Assembly (NCBI GenBank): GCA_963806225.1
Contig: CAWDXG010000001.1
Span: 1,664,001 to 1,728,000, forward strand
Source: an uncultured delta proteobacterium
GTDB taxonomy: Bacteria; Myxococcota_A; Polyangia; Polyangiales; Polyangiaceae
Reading direction: 5' to 3'
DNA length: 64,000 nucleotides
Part shown: positions 32,098 to 43,692 of the stretch, in pieces
Position numbering within the stretch: position 1 is the stretch's first letter
Layout: each line of letters opens with the position of its first letter
The notes under the pieces: generated by a model
Databases searched by the model: none
The model's input: the letters and a program-made list of their open reading frames with translations, nothing else
What the model was told of the DNA's origin: nothing
Made by a program: the position numbers and the translations under genes

Positions 32098-32139
32098 CGT
32101 TTGCTTCTCCAGGCGGGGTCCCGGTGGAAAAAAGCCCCT

Positions 32140-33889
32140 CTAGTATTGCAGACCGAGCCGGCCCACGCCGATGTACTGGTCGTCCATCCGGTGTCCAGCG
32201 CCGTCCGTGAAGGCGCCGCCGGGGAAGAACACGCCACCTTGCGCACCGAGCTGCAGCTTCATGCCGTAGTCGAGCGCCAGGCGGTACTCGAAGCCGGCAT
32301 CCAGCTCGAGCCCCAGGTCGTGGCTCTTCGGAGCAGCCGCGGTCGTAGTTGCGGAAGCGACCGTTGGTGCCGACGTAGACCGGATCGACGAAGTCCGCCG
32401 TGGTCTGTGCGATCACGGCGCCGCCCTTCAGGTCGAGCTGGCGCACCGGACGCACGACGATGGTCGGGTTCAGGTAGGTCGCGCCGGACGACGCCGCCGT
32501 TGGTCGGCAGGAGGTTCGCGCCCGGGCTCGGTCGCGCCGACAGCCCCGGGTCCTCGGCGATCGTCGCAGCGCGCGCCGTCTTCCACGCGAGCGCCTCGTT
32601 GAAGAGGATGAGCCCGACGTTGTGGTTCGGATCGAAGGTGAAGCGCTTCTCGACGCCGTCGTTCGGGTTCGCGTCGCCCGATGCCCAGCCCCACTCGAGC
32701 GAGGCGACGAAATCGCCCCAGCGTTCGTCGCCCTGGCCGGCAGTGGTCACCGCGCCGAGGCGCGCGGCCGCACCGAGCTGTCGCACATCTTCCATCGGTG
32801 TTGTTCTGCGTCTGGGTGAGCGTGCGGACGTAGTTGGTCTTGCCCAGGACATAGGCAACCTCGTACCCGCCGAACACGTGCCCGCGGGCGCCGGGGATCT
32901 TGGCGTTGAAGCGACCCGCCGAGTCCATCACCCAGACCTGCAGCTTCTCGTCGAAGGCCTGCGCGAGCGGTGCATCGGTGTCGCGACGCTGATCGCGGTA
33001 GACGCCGTACAGGCCGAGCATGTTGTCGTCGCTGTCCTGGTAGAAGGCCGCGAGCACGCCCTCGAAAGCGCGGTCGCCGTCGACCAGGTCCGCGTTCGGG
33101 TCCTTGAACACCAGATCGCCCGCCAGCGCGACGTTGAACGGTGAGTCCTTGCCGCCTGGTCGGGTGGCGAAGAGCACGCGCTCGACGATGGAGCCGTCGC
33201 GGTAGTCGCCGAACAATGTCGGATGGTCGCCGTCGTTGGCGAGGATGCCCATGCCCCAGTGGGACGGCTGCTGTCCGACCCGCACCAGGCCCACAGGGGA
33301 CATCCAGTCGAGATAGAGCCAGCGGGGCGCGAGCTCGAGCGGCTGCCGCTTGTCCATCGGATGCTCCGCCGCCTGCACGTGGCGGGTCGTCTGCCCCGCG
33401 ATGAATCCGCGCGGCACGTCGAGCTGGCCGACCACCTGCAGCTTGTCGCGGAACTGCAGCCGCGGCGTGATGCGCAGCCAGTGCACCAGGCGCACCGTCT
33501 GTCCGAGCGAGCCGCTCTGCGCGTCGCCGCCGAACTGGGCCAGCGGGAGATCGCTGAGCCCCGTCGAGCCGGAGCTGGTACTGTCCGTGGATCTGGATGT
33601 GGAGCGTGTCCGGCTTGGGCGGCGCGACGGGTACGCGCCCGGTATCGAGCACGAACCGATCCTTGAAGCCGGTGCCCGCGGTCTCGTCCGACGGGGGTGG
33701 GGGAGGCGGAACCGGTCGCGCGCTGGTCCCCGCGGGCGCGGCCGCGGCTGGTGCGGCGGGAGCTGCCCCCTGCGCCCATGCGGTCGAGCTGGTGGCGAGC
33801 AGACAGGCCGAGCAGAGGGCGCCGGCGGAGAGCGGAATGCGGATGGAGAAGTAGCGGCCCACGGGCCGGCGAGAATAGTGATCCTTCAT
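32140..33889 (-). CDS. Outer-membrane porin-like beta-barrel protein; multiple frame breaks (near 33565, 32790, 32490, 32335)
   Basis: Signal peptide ending AWA-QG; GQQPSHWGMGILANDG, EWGWASGDANP..FTFDPNHNVGLILF; C-terminal GRLGLQY before TAG at 32140. Confidence 0.6.
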
Positions 33890-34028
33890 GACGCTGTCCA
33901 AGCATTCGTGAGCGAATCACCCGGCTTGTTCGCGCTCAATGCGATGACGCGGGGCGGCGAGAGCCGGGCGCGTGCCACGCCAGCCGAAATCACCTGGATT
34001 CGAAGCCGCAGCGGTATAGCTTCCGGAC

Positions 34029-35607
34029 GTGAGCACCCCCACCGACAAGCCAGAATCCGACCAGGTTGTTTTCGTCGGTCGCCCGCTCGGCGTCCAGGAT
34101 CTCGCCGGCGTTGCAAGACAAGCGCGCGCGGTGGCGCTCGACACGCGCGCGGCGGAACGCATCGACGCGTCGCGAGCAGCGGTCGAACGCATCGCCGCCG
34201 CGGGTGACGCCGCACCGCGCGTGTACGGCGTCAACACCGGATTCGGCGCTCTCGCCGAGACACGCATCGGCGCTGAAGACGTGCGGCGCCTGCAACGCAA
34301 TCTGGTGCGCAGCCACTCCACCGGCGTGGGGCCCGACATGCCCGCCGAAGCCGTGCGCGGCATGATGCTGCTACGCGCGCAGACTCTCTCGCTGGGTCAT
34401 TCGGGTGTCCGGCGCGTCGTGGTCGATCTGCTGCTCGACATGCTCGAACACAACGTCCTGCCGCTGCATCCCGTCGCAGGGCTCCGTGGGCGCATCGGGC
34501 GACCTGGCTCCGCTCGCGCACCTCGCGCTGTCGATGATCGGGGAAGGCGAGGCGACCTTCGACGGCGAGCGGCTGGGCGGCGCCGAGGCGCTCGCCCGTG
34601 CGGGGCTCTCGCCGTTGGAGCTGCAGGCCAAGGAAGGCCTCGCGCTGATCAACGGTACCCAGTACATGACCGCTTGGGGCGCGCTGTCGCTGGTCGACGG
34701 GTTCCGGCTCGCCGCCTGCGCGGACATTGCCGGGGCGATGAGCCTCGAGGCGCTCAAAGGTTCCGAACGTCCGTTCGCCGAACGTCTGATGAAGCTGCGG
34801 CCGCATCCAGGCCAGGCATTGGTGGCGGAAAACCTCAGGAGGCTGCTCGCGAACAGCGCGATCATGGTCAGCCACGAAAACTGCGGGAAGGTCCAGGACC
34901 CGTACTCGCTCCGCTGCATGCCGCAGGTCCATGGTGCCTCCCGCGACGCGCTCGGATTCGCGCGCGACGTGATCGAGCGCGAGATGAACAGCGTGACCGA
35001 CAACCCGAGCGTGTTCGTGGATGATTCGGGCGACGCCGACATCGTCAGCGGCGGCAACTTCCACGGCCAACCCGTAGCCTACGCGCTCGACCTGTCCGCA
35101 ATCGCGCTGGCGGAGCTCGGCAACATCAGCGAGCGCCGCGTGGAGCAGCTCGTCAACCCGGCCCTGTCGAGCGGACTCACGCCCTTCCTCGCGCCGCACA
35201 GCGGCCTCAACAGCGGGTTCATGATCGCACAGGTTGCCAGCGCCTCCCTGGTCAGCGAAAACAAGGTGCTCTGCCATCCGTCCAGCGTCGACTCGATCCC
35301 GTCGAGCGCGGGCAAGGAGGATCACGTCAGCATGGGCAGCATCGGTGCCCGCAAGCTGGCCAGCGTGGTCGAGAATGTGCGCCGCTCGCTCGCCATCGAG
35401 ATACTCACCGCGGCGGCCGGGATCGACCAGCGTGCGCCCCTCGAACCCGGCACCGGTGTTGCCGAAGCCCACCGCGCCGTGCGGGAGGTCGTAGCGCCGC
35501 TCGACGACGACCGCCCCCTGTACAAGGACATCGCGCGCCTGGTCGAGCTCATCCAGACCGGGGCACTGGCCGAACGCGTCGCCGACCGCGTCGGGCGCCT
35601 GCACTGA
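34029..35607 (+). CDS. hutH: Histidine ammonia-lyase; frame break near 34465
   Basis: [22 protein letters not shown] (MIO-forming ASG), [31 protein letters not shown]. Confidence 0.93.
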
Positions 35608-35635
35608 GACCCGGCTCGATGTAGCATGGGGACCG

Positions 35636-37912
35636 ATGCCCGGACGATTCCAGCGGGAGCGGCGCTTCGCGGCGGCGGTTCTTCTCGCGGGCGCCTTCGG
35701 TTGCTCGGGGCAGCCCGATGTCCCGACGGCCCGCTCCGCGGTCATCGAGTTCGAGCTTCCGGCGAGCGGGCTGCCGGACTACGGCGCCGTGCCGTTCCCG
35801 AGCGACCTGTACCTCGGCGCCGGCGGTCACGTCAGCGCGATCCCCGGTCTGTCGCGCCTGGTCGCGCGCAACGGCGACGTGTTCGCGAAGGGGCTCTCGA
35901 CGCTCGACGGCTTCGGTCGCGCCACGGCCAGCGAGCTCTTCACGACGGGTGACGTGGCTCCCGCCTCGCTGCCCGCGGACGGCAAGGCATCGCTTTCGGC
36001 CGACTCGTCGATCGTGCTGCTCGACGTGGACCCGCACTCTCCGGCGCTCGGTACCCGCTATCCGGTCCGCACCGCCTATCTGCCGTCGCTCCACTGCATC
36101 TCCGTGCTGCCCCAGGTCGTGCTGTCGCCCGGCGTGCGCTATGCGGCCGTGGTCACGACGCGGGTGCGCAGCGCCGGCGGCGGCGCGCTGGGCGCGGACC
36201 GCGCGCTCCGTTCCATCGAACGCCTGGCTGCGGCGGAGCGGCACAGCGCGGCCGACAAGCTCTACGGTGACGCGCTGGACCGCATTGTCGCTTCCGGCGT
36301 GGTCGACAAGGCGAGCGACGTTGCCGGGCTTTCCGTGTTCACGACGTTGAAGCTCGCGGGGGAGCTCGCCCAGCTGCGGGCGCGGCTGCGCGATCCCAAG
36401 CAGTTCCCGCCGCCGCAGCTGCTGCTCGATTCCGCGGGGGCCGCGCCGTACACGGCGGTGATCTTCGGCGTGGCCGGCAGCCCGGATCTGGACGCCTGGC
36501 TTGGCACGCCGGACAGGGATCCCCAGGGAAAGGAATGGCCGGGGGTCGACAATGCCGGCGGGATTGCACACGACGCGATCGGCGCTGTCGCCAGCGGCGC
36601 GTTCATCTCGGCGAGCTTCCTCGGCAAGGACGGCCACTTCGAGCACGCCGCCGACGGCAGCCTGCGGGTGGCCGACGCCCAGGCGAAGGTCCCGGTGACG
36701 CTGGTCGTGCCGAAGGCGCCGCCTCCCGCTTCGGGCTATCCCGTCGTCCTGTTCGGTCACGGCCTCGCCAACGATCGGGGCCAGATGCTGGCTATTGCGA
36801 ACGAGCTGGCGCGCGCCGGCTTCGCCGTTATCGGCATCGACGACGTGGCGCACGGCCTGAGGACCGGCATCCCCGACGTGGCCAGCAGCGAGAAGGGCAG
36901 CTACCAGGGGCCGGACGGGCTGCCTGACCACGCCGGGCTGCCGCTCCAGTTCTTCGGAGGGTTCTCCGACTTCGTCGCGATCCGCGACAACTTCCGGCAG
37001 ACCGTGGTCGACGAGATGAACCTGGTGCGCCTGGTGGAAAACCCCGCGCTGGATCTGTCTCCGCTCGGGCCCGCGCTGGGCGGAGTGGCGCCGAAGCTCG
37101 ACCCGAAGCACATCTACTACGACGGCGGTTCGCTCGGAGGCATGATGGGGACCATCACGCTTGCGGTAGAGCCCGATATCCGCGCTGCGGCGCTGCAGGT
37201 GCCCGGCGGCGGGTTTGTCGATCTGATCGCGACGAACTCCGACAAGATGCACGGTCTGGTGGCCACGTTGGCGACCGGCACCTTCGGCGTCCAGGGTGAC
37301 GAGCGGCTCGACGAGTTCCATCCGGCCATCAACCTGATGGCGGAGATCACCGAGCCGGGCGATCCGCTGTCGTACGCTCCGAGCGTGTACGGCGAAGCGT
37401 TGCCCGGCATGCCGCCGCGCGCACAGCGCCCCAGCGTGCTCGTCAGCTACTCTGTCGACGACGAAGTGATGGCGAACATCTCCACCGAGGCGCTCATCCG
37501 GGCGTTTGGCATGCCGCTGGCGCGGCCGGCGCTGGAGCAGCTCGACGGCGTGCCCAGCGTGGATGCGCCGGTCAGCGGCAACATGCAGGGCGCTACGGCG
37601 GCGGCCGTGCAGTACTCCCCGTCCACGCACGCGCTCGGCACCAACCGCTTTGACTGGCGCCAGTACATGCCCGGCGATCCACAGGCCGATCCGGACAACC
37701 GCTGGCCGGAGATCCCGGCGAAAATTCGCGTGGAGCTGCCCATCCGCGAGTTGGACGAGCAGGTCGTGCACCTGTTCCAGAGCGACATGAAGTCCGCTGC
37801 CCCGGAGATCATCGTCACCAAGCCGCCCGTTGCCGACTACGACGGCGACGGCGTGACCGACGCGGACGAGAAGAAAGCCGGCACCGATCCGTACAACCCC
37901 GACAGCCACTGA
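35636..37912 (+). CDS. Lipoprotein with lipase-like alpha/beta-hydrolase domain and C-terminal Ca-binding-like repeat
   Basis: Lipobox AFGC; PFPSD; VLFGHGL, GGSLGG, DDEV, STHA; terminal DYDGDGVTDADE..GTDPYNPDS. Confidence 0.75.
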   Translation: MPGRFQRERRFAAAVLLAGAFGCSGQPDVPTARSAVIEFELPASGLPDYGAVPFPSDLYLGAGGHVSAIPGLSRLVARNGDVFAKGLSTLDGFGRATASELFTTGDVAPASLPADGKASLSADSSIVLLDVDPHSPALGTRYPVRTAYLPSLHCISVLPQVVLSPGVRYAAVVTTRVRSAGGGALGADRALRSIERLAAAERHSAADKLYGDALDRIVASGVVDKASDVAGLSVFTTLKLAGELAQLRARLRDPKQFPPPQLLLDSAGAAPYTAVIFGVAGSPDLDAWLGTPDRDPQGKEWPGVDNAGGIAHDAIGAVASGAFISASFLGKDGHFEHAADGSLRVADAQAKVPVTLVVPKAPPPASGYPVVLFGHGLANDRGQMLAIANELARAGFAVIGIDDVAHGLRTGIPDVASSEKGSYQGPDGLPDHAGLPLQFFGGFSDFVAIRDNFRQTVVDEMNLVRLVENPALDLSPLGPALGGVAPKLDPKHIYYDGGSLGGMMGTITLAVEPDIRAAALQVPGGGFVDLIATNSDKMHGLVATLATGTFGVQGDERLDEFHPAINLMAEITEPGDPLSYAPSVYGEALPGMPPRAQRPSVLVSYSVDDEVMANISTEALIRAFGMPLARPALEQLDGVPSVDAPVSGNMQGATAAAVQYSPSTHALGTNRFDWRQYMPGDPQADPDNRWPEIPAKIRVELPIRELDEQVVHLFQSDMKSAAPEIIVTKPPVADYDGDGVTDADEKKAGTDPYNPDSH

Positions 37913-37931
37913 ACCTGCGAGAGGAACCTCG

Positions 37932-38759
37932 ATGCTCATCGACTGCCACGTGCACCTGAACGACTACCACGGCGAGGGGGTCGTCCGTCCCACCAAGGAG
38001 CACGTGCAGAGGCTGTTCGACGAGATGGAGCGTCACGGCATCGACCACTCGGTGGTGCTCACTTCCTACAAGGTCGATCTCGGCCGCCCCAGCGTCGAGG
38101 AAGTGCTCGAGACCCTGGCCAATGATCCGCGTACCACGGTCGTGGAGGGCCTGCGCTGGCGCGGCGACGCCCGCACCGACTTGTTCGAGATGGAACAGCG
38201 CATCCGCGACGGTCGCGTTCGCGGCATCAAGCTCTACCCGGGCTACGACAAGTACCCGATCACGGATCCGTCGCTGGAGAGCGTGTTCCGCATCGCGGAG
38301 AAGTATGACGTGCCGGTGATGATCCACACCGGCGATACCTACAGCAAGCAGGCGAAAGTGAGGCAGGCGCACCCGCTGCTCGTCGATGACATCGCGGTGG
38401 ACTTTCCCGATGTGAAGTTCGTCATCTGCCACCTGGGCAATCCGTGGTTCCAGGACACGGCGGAAGTCCTGTACAAGAACGACAACGTGTACGCGGATAT
38501 CTCGGGGCTGACGCTCGGCGACTTCGACTACGAGTTCGAGCGCTACATCAAGACGCGCGTGAAGGACATGATCATGTACATGGGCGATCCCGGTCGCCAG
38601 CTCATGTACGGCAGCGACTGGCCGCTCGTGACGATGGGACCCTACGTCAAGTTCCTGAACAACCTGGACCTGCCGGAAGAACAGATCGAAAATATCTCGT
38701 GGAAGACTGCGGCGCGGCTATTCAGGATCCCGGTCGGCGATATCGAACAATCGACGTAG
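37932..38759 (+). CDS. Amidohydrolase_2-family metallohydrolase
   Basis: IDCHVH, GIKLYP, IHTG, ICHLG, YADISG, YGSDWP. Confidence 0.9.
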   Translation: MLIDCHVHLNDYHGEGVVRPTKEHVQRLFDEMERHGIDHSVVLTSYKVDLGRPSVEEVLETLANDPRTTVVEGLRWRGDARTDLFEMEQRIRDGRVRGIKLYPGYDKYPITDPSLESVFRIAEKYDVPVMIHTGDTYSKQAKVRQAHPLLVDDIAVDFPDVKFVICHLGNPWFQDTAEVLYKNDNVYADISGLTLGDFDYEFERYIKTRVKDMIMYMGDPGRQLMYGSDWPLVTMGPYVKFLNNLDLPEEQIENISWKTAARLFRIPVGDIEQST

Positions 38760-40188
38760 ATGGCCCCCGAAGGCAGCGACAACCTCAAGCGGATGTTCGA
38801 CATCCGGCGGAGCGAGCTCGACGACTCGGGTGATCGCCTGCTCTCCATCGACATGCCCGCCTTGCGCACGCATGCGGCCGAGGTGCAACGCGTGATCGGC
38901 CACAGCGGGCCGTTCTCCCTGCGCTACGAGGCGCGCTCCGGCGAGCACGTCCACAGCGGGCCCATCGATGTGGAAGAGGCGCGGTTTTTCCTGCGATTCC
39001 GCCGCGGGGTCGATCCCGACGGCGTGTGGCAGGTGCGCGTCGAAGCCGTTGGACCCGACGAGAGCTGGGTCAAGCCGCTCTGGAGCCAGTGGCTGTTCGT
39101 GCAGTCTGCGCTCAGGCGCTCCGCGGAGGTGATCGACGAGCTCGCCCAGCGCTATGCACCGATCTTCGTGTTCAGCGAACGCGAGAAATATTTCCCGGTC
39201 TCGCTCCGCACACTGCTCCGGGCCCGGCCGATCCGCGAGTCCGACGAGGTGATGAAGATCAAGACCGATCTTCGGGAAGGAGAGCATACCGCTCAGCCGG
39301 CTCGGCGAGTTCATGCGCTTCAACGGCCACAGCGAGTACCTGCTCGACTTCAACGTCTTCAGCATGAAGCGCTCCGTCTTCGCGTCGCTCGGCGGAGACC
39401 CCCGCGACGCCGTCATCTACTACTCGTACATCGAGGATCCGGGCAGCGAACGCTTCTTCATCACCTACCACCAGATCTACGCCTACGACACCAAGACGGG
39501 GCTCGCGCGCATCACCAACATCGGACCGCATGTCTTCGACCGCGAGAGCATGATCCTCGTGTTCGAAGGGAGCGACAGACCGAGCTCGATGATCATCTCG
39601 GGACATCTCGAAAACCAGACGATCTTCTTCCTGGGGAAGCTCAAGCGCTGGTCGCAGGGGCGGATCCGTGTGCCGTTCGATGATGAACGCACGCTGAAGT
39701 TCGGCGACCATCCGGTGATTGCCGTGGGCGAGGGGTCGCATGCCCTGTACCCGACCAGCGGCGAGTACCAGCTCTCGCTCTTGCGCGAGATCGCCGGCTA
39801 CGTCGACCGCGACGTGATTCGCGGCAGGCCGTCGCGCGCGCAGGCTGCCATCCAGCCGACGCAGGTGCTCTCGCCCCCGTCGCTCGGCAGCGGCGGCGTG
39901 CCGACCTATGGGCTCCGGTCGCTGGGCCTCGACCGCCTCACCAGCCGCATCCGGAAGAAGGGCGACGGCGCGGATCCGTACCGCGCCTTCCTGGTTTTCA
40001 GCGGCTACTGGGTGGACGTGCCGGGTACGCAGAACGCGCGCTTCCCGCCCTTCACGCGGAACATGACCGAGATCGCCGACTGGGTGGACGGCGCGTACGA
40101 GTGGATCTGGGACGACGTGCCCGAGAGCTACCACCAGAACAACGGGCTCATCCTGCGCTTCTTGCGCGAGAATCTCGAGGACTTCTAG
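38760..40188 (+). CDS. Hypothetical protein with Vps62/NPP1-like pattern; frame break near 39267
   Basis: LAQRYAPIFVFSEREKYFP in frame 38760; IYYSY..ITYHQIYAYD..HVFDRE..GEGSHALY in frame 39313. Confidence 0.55.
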
Positions 40189-40209
40189 CGCCTCGACGGG
40201 GCCCGCGTT

Positions 40210-41082
40210 CTAGCCCGCGTTGAACGCTTCGCGCCGGCGGCGTGCACGGCGCAAGAGGAACCGGAACATCAACAGGGCGGGGAGGCCGAGCAGCAGGAAG
40301 ACGGGCAGCAGCACGCCCAGCAGTCGGATGGAGCCGTTGACCAGCGCCGCGCCGACGTTGACGGCGTCGGCGCCGGCGTTCTTGATGCTGCGCGGAAAAT
40401 CGCCGATCGAGGCGCTCACGAGCTTCCGCTGCTGATCGATGTCGAGCTTGATGGTGCTCATCGTGATCTGGTTTTCGAGCACGCGCTTCCGCCCCTCGAG
40501 CTTCTCGATCTTCCCGCGCACGCTGGCGAGCTGCTTCTGCACCTCGAGCGCGTCGGAGACCTTGGCGGCGTTCTTCAGGATGTCGAGGTACTGTAGTTCG
40601 AGCGCCTTCTGGGTGTGGAGCCGGGCGTCCAGATCGATGTACTCGTCGGTCACGTCGCGGCTTTCGATCTGCTCGCCGTCGATTCCGGTGGCGAGAGCCT
40701 TGAGCTTGTCGAGCGCGCGGTCGAGGTGGTCGGCGGGCACGCGCAGCTCCAGCGTGATGTGCAGGGGGGCGTCGCGGCTGGTGCCGAGGCGGCGGCTGGT
40801 CGCGTTGGCGACGTAGCCGCCGGATTTGTTCACGATGGCCGACGCCTTGTGCTGCGCCGCGGCGGGATCCGCCACCGTCATCGACAGCGAGGCATTGCGG
40901 ATGATGCGGCGGCCAGCGGGCTTGCCCGACGTTGCGGACGTAGGCGGCAGGGTCGTTGCCACCTTCTGGGCCGGCGTCTGCGCCGAGGCCCCGACGCCGA
41001 CGGCCCGCGCCGCGCGCTTCGAGCAGCCGCCGACGAGGAAGAGGAGCAGGGCGAACAGTACGACGCAACGTCTGGATGACAT
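40210..41082 (-). CDS. DUF4349-family lipoprotein
   Basis: Lipobox VGGC; IIRNASLSMTV, LRVPA, DVTDEYIDLDARL, IEKLEGR, C-terminal TM. Confidence 0.82.
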   Translation of the reverse strand: MSSRRCVVLFALLLFLVGGCSKRAARAVGVGASAQTPAQKVATTLPPTSATSGKPAGRRIIRNASLSMTVADPAAAQHKASAIVNKSGGYVANATSRRLGTSRDAPLHITLELRVPADHLDRALDKLKALATGIDGEQIESRDVTDEYIDLDARLHTQKALELQYLDILKNAAKVSDALEVQKQLASVRGKIEKLEGRKRVLENQITMSTIKLDIDQQRKLVSASIGDFPRSIKNAGADAVNVGAALVNGSIRLLGVLLPVFLLLGLPALLMFRFLLRRARRRREAFNAG

Positions 41083-41150
41083 GGGCAGACCTCCGCGCCC
41101 GGCGCGCGGTCCGGGCGTCTGCCTGTGAGAACGCAGCAGCCGGCAGCCGC

Positions 41151-41501
41151 TTACAGTGCGCCCGCCAGATCCTCGACTTCGAGCCCGTCGGGGATCTCGA
41201 TGGGCATGCGCAGAAGCGCGTAGCCGTAGGTCTTGCCCTGCCGGTCGATGCGCAGCGAGCGCAGCCCGCCACCGTCGAGCGCACCGTGCAGCACGAAGTT
41301 CAGCGCGTGCAGGTTCGGCAGCTCGAAGCGCTCCACCGGGCCCCGGCAGAACGAACCGAACCACTCGGCGACGCGCTCGGCGTCGAGCTCGCGGACCAGC
41401 ACCGGGTAGTACTCGGGCCGGCGTGCGATCACGCCGATGTTGCAGCGGTCGCCCTTGTCGCCCGAGCGCGCGTGCGCAAGGTTGTAGAGCACGGTCTTCA
41501 C
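41151..41501 (-). CDS. AtuA-related small (C-terminal domain) protein
   Basis: AHARSGDKGD, ERFELPNLHALNF, GGGLRSLRIDRQGK. Confidence 0.85.
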   Translation of the reverse strand: MKTVLYNLAHARSGDKGDRCNIGVIARRPEYYPVLVRELDAERVAEWFGSFCRGPVERFELPNLHALNFVLHGALDGGGLRSLRIDRQGKTYGYALLRMPIEIPDGLEVEDLAGAL

Positions 41502-42865
41502 GACTCGAGTACCTCCACCCGCGGCGTTACCACGTCGCGCGGCACCAGCGCCGGCCAGAAGTTGATGATCGGAGCCGGGTCAGGGCGGCCTGCGAGCCCC
41601 GGTCCGCCGCAGGCGCCCGGCAGGCCGGACGTGATCAGCGGAGCGATCTCGTGACCGAAGCGGCGCGCGCTGTCGCGGTCGCGCGTGCGGATGGCCACGC
41701 GCAGAAGTAGCTCGTTCGGTTCGGCCGCGGCTGGCGGCGTCATGTGGGCGTGCGCCGACGACACCCCGACCAGCTCGACGCGGTGCTCGTCGATCGACAG
41801 GCCGAGATGCCGGCAGCGCGAAAGCAGCACCTCTGCCGCCGCGCGCGCCCGCGCTTCGGCGTGCGGCCACACGAAGAGGAGGGACGCGACGTTGCGCCAG
41901 CCGTCCTGGTAGCTGAGCGACGCCTTCAGCTCGTCGGGCGGCCGGTTGCCTGTCACGCCCCACACCCGCACCCGGTCGTTGCCGAGGTCGCCGAGCTGGA
42001 TGCTCGTGAAATCCACGCTCACGTCCGGCGTCAGGTACGCGCGTGGATCGCCGATCTCGTACAGCAGCTGTTCCTTGAGCACGGCCGGGGTCACGCGTCC
42101 CCCGAGGCCGGCGTGCCGCGTGATCAGCATGCTGCCGTCCTCGTTCACTTCCGCGATGGGGTAGCCCAGCCGATCGAGGCCGGGCACGTCCTGCCAGCCG
42201 CCTGCGAAGTTGCCCCCGCTCGCCTGGCCGCCGCACTCGAGCAGGTGGCCGGCGACGGTCCCTGCGGCGAGGCGGTCGAAGTCATCCGCCTCCCAACCGA
42301 AGCGCGCGATCAGGGGTGCGAGCGCGAGCGCCGAGTCCGTGCAGCGGCCGGTGATCACGATCTGCGCGCCGGCGCAGAGCGCCTGGACGATCGGCGCAGC
42401 GCCCAGATACGCGTTCGCACTGAGCACGCGATCGCGGATGCCGGCGAATGGCTCGCCCGTGTCGAGGTTTTCCAGCGAGACGCCGGCTTCGCTCAAGCCG
42501 TCGAGGCCGTCGAACAGGTCATCGCCCTCGATCACGCCAACGCGCATTCCACGCACGCCCTGGCTGCGGCAGAGCTGGAGCACGCTTTCAGCGCACGCGC
42601 GTGGATTCATGCCGCCGGCGTTGGTGAGCACCTGGATACCCCGGGCCGCGACCGTGTCGAGCGCGGGCTCGAGCGCCGTGATGAAATCGGTCGCGTAGCC
42701 CTGGGCGGGATTGCGCTCGAGCTTGCGCCGCAGGATCGACATCGTGACTTCCGCCAGGTAGTCGAGCATCACGGCATCCACGGGCCCGGCGTGGATCTGA
42801 TCGGAGAGCGCGTCGTTGCGGTCGCCCCAGAAGCCGGCTGCGCCGGCGATGCGGAAGCTCTCCAT
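41498..42865 (-). CDS. Acyclic terpene utilization AtuA-family (DUF1446) protein
   Basis: GFWGDR, DYLAEVTM, ANAYLG, GRCTDS, GHLLECGGQ, EQLLYEIGDP.AYLTPDV. Confidence 0.9.
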   Translation of the reverse strand: MESFRIAGAAGFWGDRNDALSDQIHAGPVDAVMLDYLAEVTMSILRRKLERNPAQGYATDFITALEPALDTVAARGIQVLTNAGGMNPRACAESVLQLCRSQGVRGMRVGVIEGDDLFDGLDGLSEAGVSLENLDTGEPFAGIRDRVLSANAYLGAAPIVQALCAGAQIVITGRCTDSALALAPLIARFGWEADDFDRLAAGTVAGHLLECGGQASGGNFAGGWQDVPGLDRLGYPIAEVNEDGSMLITRHAGLGGRVTPAVLKEQLLYEIGDPRAYLTPDVSVDFTSIQLGDLGNDRVRVWGVTGNRPPDELKASLSYQDGWRNVASLLFVWPHAEARARAAAEVLLSRCRHLGLSIDEHRVELVGVSSAHAHMTPPAAAEPNELLLRVAIRTRDRDSARRFGHEIAPLITSGLPGACGGPGLAGRPDPAPIINFWPALVPRDVVTPRVEVLES

Positions 42866-42870
42866 CGGGC

Positions 42871-43656
42871 CTACTCGCCCGTGAACTCCGGCGTCGTGCC
42901 GGTGCGGAACGCCGCGATGGCGCGGCGCAGATCGCCCGTCGCAAAGTCGATTGCCTGCGCGTTGGCCTCCCGGTGCAGCGCGTCGTCGACCTGTCTGAGC
43001 AGGCTGGCCGAGAGCGTCGCCTTGGCCTGCGCCACTGCAATGGGCGCCGCGCTCGCGATTTCCTCTACTGTCGCGTCGACCAGCGCGGGCAGCTCGCTCC
43101 GGGGAACGGCCTGGTTGACCAGGCCGATCCGTTCAGCCGCATCGCCCCGGATGAGCCTTCCGGTGAGGATCAGCTCGGCCGCTCTCGCCGGCCCGACCAG
43201 CCGCGGCAAGAGCACCGTGCAGCCCATGCCGGGGTGCAGTCCGACGCGGACGAAGTTCGCGCCCAGCTTCGCTTCGGCCGCCGCCAGGCGCACGTCGCAG
43301 GCCATCGCTAGACACAGGCCGGCCCCTACCGCGGCGCCGTGCACGACGGCGATGCTCGGCGCCCGGAGCGAGAGCACGGAGAGGAAGCGGCGGTAGAAGC
43401 GCAGCATATCGACGCGGTTGTCTTCCGGCGCGCGATCGGCGTTCTGTTCGATCAAGTCGAAATCGCCACCGGCGCAGAACGCGCGACCGTCGCCCTCGAC
43501 GAGTACCACGCGGGTTTCGCGCGACGCGTTGATGTGCTCGACGGCCTCCGCGATGAGGTCGCCCATCTCGGCCGTCATCGCGTTGTGCTTGTCGGGCCGG
43601 GACAGCACGATGCGCGCGATGCGGCCGACTTCGACTCGAATGGCTGGGCTCTGCAT
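42871..43656 (-). CDS. Enoyl-CoA hydratase/isomerase family protein
   Basis: RPDKHNA, AFCAGGD, GAAVGAG, GLHPGMG. Confidence 0.9.
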   Translation of the reverse strand: MQSPAIRVEVGRIARIVLSRPDKHNAMTAEMGDLIAEAVEHINASRETRVVLVEGDGRAFCAGGDFDLIEQNADRAPEDNRVDMLRFYRRFLSVLSLRAPSIAVVHGAAVGAGLCLAMACDVRLAAAEAKLGANFVRVGLHPGMGCTVLLPRLVGPARAAELILTGRLIRGDAAERIGLVNQAVPRSELPALVDATVEEIASAAPIAVAQAKATLSASLLRQVDDALHREANAQAIDFATGDLRRAIAAFRTGTTPEFTGE

Positions 43657-43692
43657 GCGGGGACTCTACCCTGGCGCTGGCGCGGCCGCTCT

